NCBI GenBank assembly: GCA_964617525.1
Contig: CAZTWG010000031.1
Location: 1-7,117, forward strand
Length of the DNA: 7,117 bases
From: an uncultured Gammaproteobacteria bacterium
Lineage (GTDB): Bacteria; Patescibacteriota; Patescibacteriia; UBA2591; UBA6264
Direction: 5' to 3'
A program made the position numbers and the translations under genes. The notes under the pieces were generated by a model. It was not told the origin of the DNA and did no database searches. It saw only the letters and a program-made list of their open reading frames with translations. This document shows, in pieces, positions 1-5,262 of the stretch; within the stretch, counting starts at the first letter, position 1, and every line of letters begins with the position of its first letter.

Positions 1-857
1 CATATAATCCCAGTAATATATTTAGCTGGTATTACATCAAAAGCAAAATTAATAATTTTTAAATCTTTAGGCGCGTTTTCCCATAATTCTTTTGGAGAGC
101 GTTTCTCTATTTTAATCCAAGATTTATTGTGAAATTTTAATAAAGTGCTAGCAATATATAAAGGAACTTTTTCTTCTTTGGCTATAACACCTATAGCAAA
201 ACTTCCAATTTTATTAATAACTGACCCATCTGAAAGAATAGCATCTGCCCCTAAAATAATTTTATCCATCATCAAATTTTTGCCAGAATAGTGAGAAATC
301 AAAAACCCAGCCGAAGAATCACCAATCATAGTTGTTGGTATCTTTGCCTTTAATAATATTTTAGAGGTTATTCTTCCTTGGAAAAGTGGTCTTGTTTCAG
401 TGTTGTAAACCTTAAAATTTTTTTTATTCTCCTTAGCTTTAACTAAAATTTGTTCTACCAACCAAGAATGACAATGTGTTAAAATATCGTCATTATTTTT
501 AACTATTTTTTTGCCATGGTTGATGACCAAATCGCTAGCATCTGACATTGTCATCAAAAAATCATTGCTTGCCTTTTTAATACAATCTTTGGCATGAGTC
601 ACGTTCTTTAATCTGTTACTATTCATTTGAGATAAAATAAATTTAACTCCATTTTGAGCCATTGGTTCAGTTGGTCTAGCTGATAACAAAAAATTAGCGC
701 CTGCTTTAAATTTTTTCTTTAAAACAGACAATTCCTTTGTTTTAATACTATTACTATAACCTGCCAAAGATTTGATTATTTCAATAGCTACGTCAGTAGC
801 TCCCTGAATTTTTAATGACTTAATGTCTTTAAATGTTTGTTTTAACATAATATTCAT
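1..857 (-). CDS. eIF-2B alpha/beta/delta-family sugar-phosphate isomerase. By eye it is closest to the ribose-1,5-bisphosphate isomerase (aIF-2B/e2b2-like) branch. Partial: the C-terminus runs off the window.
   Basis: Not in the supplied ORF track because it has no stop in the window. Hand translation of the minus strand from ATG 857 gives 285 stop-free codons. There is an alternative ATG at 848, and an in-frame TAA at 863..861 closes the frame just upstream. Sequence: MNIMLKQTFKDIKSLKIQGATDVAIEIIKSL...DDILTHCHSWLVEQIL...FKVYNTETRPLFQGRITSKILLKAKIPTTMIGDSSAGFLI...MDKIILGADAILSDGSVINKIGSFAIGVIAKEEKVPLYIAS...NFAFDVIPAKYITGII. The short N-terminus with the IQGAT motif, the THC(H/N)S cysteine motif, TExRP..QG and GADAI...G.V.NKIG are family hallmarks. 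I checked the frame at several landmarks (codon starts at 518, 464 and 245 all fall in one phase). Confidence 0.8.
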   Translation of the reverse strand, partial: MNIMLKQTFKDIKSLKIQGATDVAIEIIKSLAGYSNSIKTKELSVLKKKFKAGANFLLSARPTEPMAQNGVKFILSQMNSNRLKNVTHAKDCIKKASNDFLMTMSDASDLVINHGKKIVKNNDDILTHCHSWLVEQILVKAKENKKNFKVYNTETRPLFQGRITSKILLKAKIPTTMIGDSSAGFLISHYSGKNLMMDKIILGADAILSDGSVINKIGSFAIGVIAKEEKVPLYIASTLLKFHNKSWIKIEKRSPKELWENAPKDLKIINFAFDVIPAKYITGII

Positions 858-863
858 ATTTTA

Positions 864-891
864 ATACTATCACTTTTCAAAAAAAATACAA
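864..891 (-). promoter_or_regulatory. Candidate sigma70-like promoter for the isomerase gene, placed as expected for a leaderless mRNA
   Basis: The minus strand reads TTGTAT (891..886), a 16-nt spacer, TAGTAT (869..864), then 6 nt (taaaat) and ATG 857. There is no Shine-Dalgarno motif. AT-rich sequence yields many chance hexamers. Confidence 0.25.
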
Positions 892-917
892 ATATTAGTA
901 TTATTGACTCTATGCAG

Positions 918-944
918 TATGGTTAACCCATCTAGTTAACCATA
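918..944. promoter_or_regulatory. Perfect inverted repeat TATGGTTAAC-N7-GTTAACCATA, a candidate operator or dimeric regulator site in the divergent intergenic region
   Basis: 918..927 TATGGTTAAC is the exact reverse complement of 935..944 GTTAACCATA. The spacer is ccatcta. Each arm contains the palindrome GTTAAC. The repeat lies between the two candidate -35 elements (886..891 and 963..968). Confidence 0.5.
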
Positions 945-962
945 ATATATAAATAATAGGTA

Positions 963-997
963 TTGGATAAAAAAAATAAAACTGTTAAGATATAAAT
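963..997 (+). promoter_or_regulatory. Candidate sigma70-like promoter for the Lys-rich-protein/fmt pair, placed as expected for a leaderless mRNA
   Basis: TTGGAT (963..968), a 17-nt spacer, TAAGAT (986..991), then 6 nt (ataaat) and ATG 998. There is no Shine-Dalgarno motif. This mirrors the architecture on the opposite strand. Hexamer matches are weak and the background is AT-rich. Confidence 0.25.
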
Positions 998-1534
998 ATG
1001 GCTACAACAAAAAAGAAAAAACATAAAAAAGAAAAAACAATTACTAATCCAAAAACAACAACAAAGATAAAAAGTAAAAAGATAGAGAAAAGGAAGGAGA
1101 AAAAGAAGAATGAAAGAAAAGAAACAGAAATCCAACAAATTGTTAACCACTATTTCTATAGTAAGGGTTTATCTTTGGAAAAAATTAAAAATGATGCTAG
1201 AAAAAGAAAAATAATTTATTCTAGATTTACTCGTCCAGCTAAACAGCTTTTAGAGCTTGCTGGAACAATTAAAAAAGCTCAACAAGCCATTGATAAGGTT
1301 TCTGAATGGGCAAAATCAAGAAATCTTGATTATGCGATTGAAACTGTATTTAAAAAATGGCTAGAATTAGACCGGCTCAAACCAAAAGAAATTGTTAAAA
1401 AGCCTTTTTATATGGGAAATCCTATGGTTTGGAGCCAAGCTAAAAAGAAATGGTTTTTAATTGACGAAGGTGGAGACTGGCATGAATTTGTCGGGAAGGA
1501 AAACGATATTAAATGGAAAATAAAAAAGCAATAA
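998..1534 (+). CDS. Hypothetical protein: a roughly 45-aa Lys-rich, strongly basic low-complexity N-terminal tail followed by a roughly 130-aa domain I cannot assign
   Basis: 178-aa ORF from the track with a TAA stop at 1532..1534, 1 nt before the fmt ATG at 1536. The N-terminus is MATTKKKKHKKEKTITNPKTTTKIKSKKIEKRKEKKKNERKE. The C-terminal part has ordinary globular composition (…RFTRPAKQLLELAGTIKKAQQAIDKVSEWAKSRNLDYAIETVFKKWLE…KKPFYMGNPMVWSQAKKKWFLIDEGGDWHEFVGKENDIKW). There is no in-frame Met between residue 1 and the FYMGNPM region, so the basic tail is probably translated. Confidence 0.65.
   Translation: MATTKKKKHKKEKTITNPKTTTKIKSKKIEKRKEKKKNERKETEIQQIVNHYFYSKGLSLEKIKNDARKRKIIYSRFTRPAKQLLELAGTIKKAQQAIDKVSEWAKSRNLDYAIETVFKKWLELDRLKPKEIVKKPFYMGNPMVWSQAKKKWFLIDEGGDWHEFVGKENDIKWKIKKQ
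1009..1039 (+). repeat. Direct repeat AAAAAAGAAAAAACA x2 (1009..1023 and 1025..1039) inside an A/G-rich tract, with a pure purine run at 1084..1110
   Basis: Read directly from the sequence. The period is 16 nt, so this is not a protein-level repeat. It includes four A6 runs and encodes part of the Lys-rich tail. Confidence 0.7.
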
Positions 1535-1535
1535 A

Positions 1536-2486
1536 ATGAAAAACAAGAAATATAAAATTATTTTTTTTGGAACACCAGAATTTAGTACTATTATTTTAGA
1601 TAAACTAATCAATAGTCCATTTTGCCCAATTGCTGTAGTAACTGCTCCAGATAAACTAAAAGGTAGAAAAAAGATACTAACTCAATCGCAAACGAAAAAA
1701 CTATCTATAAAAGAAAACATTCCTATTTTTCAACCAATATTTTTAAGAAATAACCCTAAAATTGTTGAAGAATTGAGCAAGTTGAGTCCAGATTTATTTA
1801 TTGTAGCCGCTTATGGTTTAATTTTACCTACAAAGATTTTAAACATACCGCAAGAAGGATCTATTAATATCCACCCTTCTTTACTACCGAAATATCGCGG
1901 AGCATCCCCCATCCAACAAACCATTCTTAATGGAGATAAAAAAACTGGCACTACCTTAATATTGATGGATAAGAAAATGGACCATGGACCAATTATAGAG
2001 CAAAAAGAACTTAGAGAAAAAATAGAAAACATAGTTTGTCCTGAATTGAGTACGAAACTAGCTACTTTAAGTGCTAATCTATTAATTGACACTCTTCCAA
2101 AATTTTTAAAAAAAGAAATAAAAACTATAAATCAAAATCATAAACAAATAACTTTTGTTAAAAAAATCAATAAAGAGGATGGAAGAATTGATTGGACTAG
2201 GCCAGCTTACGAAATTGAAAGAATGACAAGAGCTTATTACCCATGGCCAGGGACTCACACAACTTTTATGACAAAAAAAATGAGAATAATACAAGTTGAA
2301 GTTATAAAAATAAACAACAAAAAACAACCTGGGGCAATATTTCTTACAAAAAACAAAATCCCCGCAGTTGCCTGCGGGAAAAATGCTTTAATACTAAAAG
2401 AAGTCCAACTAGCTGGAAAAAATATTATTACAGGAAAAGAGTTTATTAACGGCTACCCCCAGCTATTTAGTATTGTTATGAAGTAA
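1536..2486 (+). CDS. fmt: Methionyl-tRNA formyltransferase
   Basis: 316 aa. The N-terminus is KIIFFGTPEFS. The catalytic-site motifs are SINIHPSLLPKYRGASPIQ and MDHGPII. The C-terminal tRNA-binding domain is present (GRIDW…AYEIERMTRAYYPWPG…ALILKEVQLAGKNIITGKEFINGY). The length and motif order are typical of Fmt. Confidence 0.95.
   Translation: MKNKKYKIIFFGTPEFSTIILDKLINSPFCPIAVVTAPDKLKGRKKILTQSQTKKLSIKENIPIFQPIFLRNNPKIVEELSKLSPDLFIVAAYGLILPTKILNIPQEGSINIHPSLLPKYRGASPIQQTILNGDKKTGTTLILMDKKMDHGPIIEQKELREKIENIVCPELSTKLATLSANLLIDTLPKFLKKEIKTINQNHKQITFVKKINKEDGRIDWTRPAYEIERMTRAYYPWPGTHTTFMTKKMRIIQVEVIKINNKKQPGAIFLTKNKIPAVACGKNALILKEVQLAGKNIITGKEFINGYPQLFSIVMK
2347..2378 (-). terminator. Candidate Rho-independent terminator for the minus-strand mre/PBP2 operon, embedded antisense in the 3' part of fmt
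   Basis: The minus strand reads CCCGCAG-GCAA-CTGCGGG followed by GATTTTGTTTTTTG. The stem is 2378..2372 paired with 2367..2361 (7 bp, 6 of them G:C). The loop at 2371..2368 is a GNRA-type tetraloop. The T-tract is 2358..2348. The hairpin starts 115 nt downstream of the last minus-strand stop (2494). On the plus strand the hairpin is followed by A residues, so it would terminate only minus-strand transcription. Confidence 0.45.
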
Positions 2487-2493
2487 ATTCTGT

Positions 2494-2829
2494 TTAAAGC
2501 TTTTTCTCTTCTTCTTCTGCTGCTACTACTTCTTCCTCTACTTCTTCTTTATCTTCACTTAAAACAGAATTTTTTTCTTTAGTTTCTTCTTCTGCTGGAG
2601 CGGAAGTTTCGGCTGGTTCAACAATTTTCTCTGCTACGGATGGTTCTTCAGTTTTACTGACAGGAGCTTCTCCTTCAACGTTATCAGAAAAATTAGAAAT
2701 AATTAAAATTAAACCTATGGCAGCTATAGCTATGGCTATCCAATAAGAAACAATATTGGCTATCAAGATAATAACGGCAACAAGTAAAAAAATAATTCCT
2801 AGGATTAATTTGGTGGATTTATTTTTCAT
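2494..2829 (-). CDS. Small membrane protein: a two-TM hairpin plus a roughly 65-aa acidic Glu/Pro/Ala-rich tail. Family not recognised.
   Basis: 111-aa ORF. It opens with a basic N-terminus (MKNKSTK), followed by two hydrophobic helices (LILGIIFLLVAVIILIANIV and YWIAIAIAAIGLILIISNF). The tail is DNVEGEAPVSKTEEPSVAEKIVEPAETSAPAEEETKEKNSVLSEDKEEVEEEVVAAEEEEKKL. It fills the only gap between mrdA and fmt, lies on the same strand as the mre genes, and ends in TAA. Confidence 0.6.
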   Translation of the reverse strand: MKNKSTKLILGIIFLLVAVIILIANIVSYWIAIAIAAIGLILIISNFSDNVEGEAPVSKTEEPSVAEKIVEPAETSAPAEEETKEKNSVLSEDKEEVEEEVVAAEEEEKKL

Positions 2830-2879
2830 ATTTGCAAATTTTAATTAAGTTAATTAACTTACACTATATCGACCTCTTG

Positions 2880-2907
2880 ATTATAATTTTACCACTTTAT
2901 TTGTCTT
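2880..2907 (-). promoter_or_regulatory. Possible internal promoter ahead of the small membrane-protein gene
   Basis: The minus strand reads AAGACA (2907..2902, 4/6 match to TTGACA and overlapping the mrdA stop), a 16-nt spacer, then a perfect TATAAT (2885..2880). The -10 lies about 50 nt upstream of ATG 2829. TATAAT is expected by chance fairly often at this base composition. Confidence 0.3.
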
Positions 2908-4762
2908 TAGTAAATAGAAAAGAAAAAATTTCTTTAGCAGCTGGGACTGCAATGGAGCTTCCTTCGCCACCATTTTCTATCAAGACAGTTAAAACAATTT
3001 CTGGGTTATCATATGGGGCAAAACCAATAAACCATGCGTGGGGAGGGTTGTTCCCGCTAACCTGAGCAGTTCCAGTTTTACCAGCTACTTTAACTTCTAA
3101 ATTATTCAAACGACGCGCGCTCCCCTTGGTAACTGCTTCCCTCATTCCCCTTTTAACTAATTTAAAATATTCTACATCAAATAAGTCTTTTCCAGCAATT
3201 TGTAAGGACTTATTTTTGATTGTAGCATCAGTTGGGTTTTGAAAAGATTTCACTACGTGAGGGACAAAAAGAGTCCCATTATTTGCCAAAGCCATTGTAT
3301 AACTAGCGACTTGAATAGGAGTGACCAGAATGTCTCCTTGCCCAATAGACAAGTGATAGGTATCCCCAATATACCAAGGCTCATTTTTGTATTCCTTTTT
3401 CCATTCAGGAGTCGCGATAAAACCTCTTTTTTCTCCAGGTAAATCAATCCCTGTTTTTTTGGTCAAACCAAAAACTGATAAATATTCTCTAATTTTTTGG
3501 TGACCCAATCCCTCAAAATCCTTAAATCCTCCACCAAGATAATAAAAAAAAGTATTTACTGATTCTGACAACGCTTTAACTACGCTAGTGTTCCCATGCC
3601 CACCTTCTTTCCAATCGGGAAAAAACCATTGGCCAATTCTTATGCCACCGCTGGAAAAAACATTAGTTTCGGAGGTAATAATTCCTTCAGACAATCCAGC
3701 TATTGCCAACAAGGGCTTGATAATTGACCCAGGAGGATATTCTCCAGCTAAAGCGCGAAATATAAATGGTTTGTCGGGGTCCTGGCTTAATCGTTCATAT
3801 TCAGAATTATTGCCTTGAATGAATATATTATTATCATAACTTGGATAACTAATCATTGCTAAGATTTCTCCATTCCTAGGGTCAGAAACAATAATTGTCC
3901 CTGCTTTACTATCCGCCAATTTAATATATTTCTTTAAAACCTTCTGTATATATTTCTGTAAATCTAAATTAATTGTCAATATTATATCTTGACCGTCTTC
4001 TGGGAAACTTTGATTGATTATCTTTTCTGATTGCCCTAGAGCATTAACCTCCACTTTTCTTTGCCCATCTTTGCCCTTTAATTCTTTTTCGTAATATAAT
4101 TCTATCCCTGTCCGCCCAATTAAATCCATGGTGCCATATTTTGGATGTTCTGAAAGCTCTTGTTCGTTGATTGGTGCTACATAACCCAAAATGTGTGCTA
4201 AGGTGGACCCATACAAATAGTTCCTTTGAGCTCTAATCTTCACTGAAAAACCAGGTAAGTCATTGGTGGCAAGCTGTAACTTTAGGGCTGTCTGATAATC
4301 TAAATTTTTAGAGATAACAATAGGTTGAGAGGATGTCGTGTCTAACCTAGCCTGTATGCTTTTTGTTTTTTCTTTTATTTCATCATCTATCCCTTTAATT
4401 TTTTCTATTCTCAGTAAAAATTCATTAAAAAGCTTATCCTGGCCGTCTTTTTTCGGTGGGAAATCCTTGGGGGAAACCAACAAAGAAAAATGAGCCACAT
4501 TTTTTACCAAAGGTCTGCCTAATGCGTCATAAATAAGTCCCCTAGTAGCCTTAATTGACTCTGTCTTCGTCCTATTTCCTTCTGAGGCATTACGATATTC
4601 AGTTCCTTTTATTATTTGCAACCAGACTAAACGTCCAACCAACATTAGAATAATAAAAATAATAAAAGAATAAAAAAATTTAATTTTTTTTATCTTTATT
4701 GGAGACAACATAAAGTCGTCAATATTCGAAAAGTCACTATCAGTCAAAATATCTTTATTCAT
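2897..4762 (-). CDS. mrdA: Penicillin-binding protein 2, the class B elongation-specific transpeptidase
   Basis: 621 aa. It has an N-terminal membrane anchor (FFYSFIIFIILMLVGRLVWL), a PBP dimerisation/pedestal region, and a transpeptidase domain. The three canonical motifs occur in order with typical spacing: SxxK (PGS346-IIK), SxN (S401-VN) and KTG (K562-TGTAQ). It sits immediately downstream of mreC and mreD, and its ATG overlaps the mreD stop. Confidence 0.9.
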   Translation of the reverse strand: MNKDILTDSDFSNIDDFMLSPIKIKKIKFFYSFIIFIILMLVGRLVWLQIIKGTEYRNASEGNRTKTESIKATRGLIYDALGRPLVKNVAHFSLLVSPKDFPPKKDGQDKLFNEFLLRIEKIKGIDDEIKEKTKSIQARLDTTSSQPIVISKNLDYQTALKLQLATNDLPGFSVKIRAQRNYLYGSTLAHILGYVAPINEQELSEHPKYGTMDLIGRTGIELYYEKELKGKDGQRKVEVNALGQSEKIINQSFPEDGQDIILTINLDLQKYIQKVLKKYIKLADSKAGTIIVSDPRNGEILAMISYPSYDNNIFIQGNNSEYERLSQDPDKPFIFRALAGEYPPGSIIKPLLAIAGLSEGIITSETNVFSSGGIRIGQWFFPDWKEGGHGNTSVVKALSESVNTFFYYLGGGFKDFEGLGHQKIREYLSVFGLTKKTGIDLPGEKRGFIATPEWKKEYKNEPWYIGDTYHLSIGQGDILVTPIQVASYTMALANNGTLFVPHVVKSFQNPTDATIKNKSLQIAGKDLFDVEYFKLVKRGMREAVTKGSARRLNNLEVKVAGKTGTAQVSGNNPPHAWFIGFAPYDNPEIVLTVLIENGGEGSSIAVPAAKEIFSFLFTKDK

Positions 4763-5252
4763 ACTTTCTGATTATTTTAATTCCGAGAATCATAACAAAA
4801 ATAAAACTAGCATTTAGAACCATAAACCAGACTAAATCAAGCCAATAAAATTTATTTAGAATAATAGATTGTTCAGAAAATTTTAAAAAATAAAATAAAT
4901 AAGAAAAAAATAGGATATTAATTTTATAAATCAGAGCACTACATAGACTCAAAACAAAAAATCCTGCAACAGAAGTTACGTTAAACTCGTGAGCAATTTT
5001 CTTAATAATAGCAAAAGAACATATTAAACTTAAGCAAAATAAACCGGGTGGAAAAATGGAATATAAATCTAAAAAAATACCACCAATTATTACGGCTAAC
5101 CAAGCCCAAGAAGAAAACCCAGCAAGGAATAAAGTTATAATTAAAACAAAAACTAAAGATAATTCGTTCGGAAACAACGGCCATGATACTTGTATGATTA
5201 CGAGTAAAAAAATTAGAAAAAATAAACCAATAAGTTTAATTGGAAAAGGCAT
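4755..5252 (-). CDS. mreD: Rod shape-determining protein MreD
   Basis: 165 aa and almost entirely hydrophobic, with about five TM segments. It contains a G-x-x-x-D…G motif (GGIFLDLYSIFPPG) like that of MreD proteins. Its position between mreC and mrdA is the conserved one. It starts 10 nt after the mreC stop and overlaps mrdA by 8 nt. Confidence 0.75.
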   Translation of the reverse strand: MPFPIKLIGLFFLIFLLVIIQVSWPLFPNELSLVFVLIITLFLAGFSSWAWLAVIIGGIFLDLYSIFPPGLFCLSLICSFAIIKKIAHEFNVTSVAGFFVLSLCSALIYKINILFFSYLFYFLKFSEQSIILNKFYWLDLVWFMVLNASFIFVMILGIKIIRKYE

Positions 5253-5262
5253 AAAATAAAAA

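Noticed and set aside
932-1150. 72-aa minus-strand ORF from the track, Phe/Leu/Cys-rich (MVNNLLDFCFFSFILLF…)
   Set aside because: It is the reverse complement of the A/G-rich Lys-coding tract of the 998..1534 gene, so its composition is an artefact of poly-pyrimidine sequence. It would also run across the divergent promoter region and the inverted repeat.
1094-1214. The only good Shine-Dalgarno-like motif in the window (AAGGAG 1094..1099), 10 nt before an out-of-frame ATG (1110) that opens a 34-codon ORF ending at TAA 1212..1214
   Set aside because: The AAGGAG arises from in-frame Lys/Glu codons (AAA AGG AAG GAG AAA) of the Lys-rich tail. The mini-ORF is short and lies entirely within the larger gene in another frame. 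No other gene here uses an SD, so a functional internal SD is unlikely. It would matter only if frameshifting on the upstream A6 runs were demonstrated.
1811-2327. Two minus-strand ORFs (1811..2092 and 2106..2327) inside fmt
   Set aside because: They are antisense to a confidently identified fmt gene, have no recognisable motifs, and show low-complexity composition typical of shadow ORFs in AT-rich DNA.
2841-2857. TTAATTAA-g-TTAATTAA, a doubled 8-bp palindrome in the mrdA / small-ORF spacer
   Set aside because: It consists only of A:T pairs, so any hairpin would be very weak, and such words are expected in AT-rich intergenic DNA. It could form part of a 5' UTR, but there is no evidence for a specific function.
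2832-3818. ORFs 2832..3065 (+), 3239..3442 (+), 3253..3447 (-) and 3588..3818 (+) overlapping mrdA
   Set aside because: All lie within the PBP2 coding region, either antisense or out of frame. PBP2 is full length with all catalytic motifs intact, so these are shadow ORFs.
5002-5259. ORFs 5002..5184 (-) and 5056..5259 (+) overlapping mreD
   Set aside because: They are out of frame or antisense within the mreD membrane-protein gene. Nothing supports them independently.
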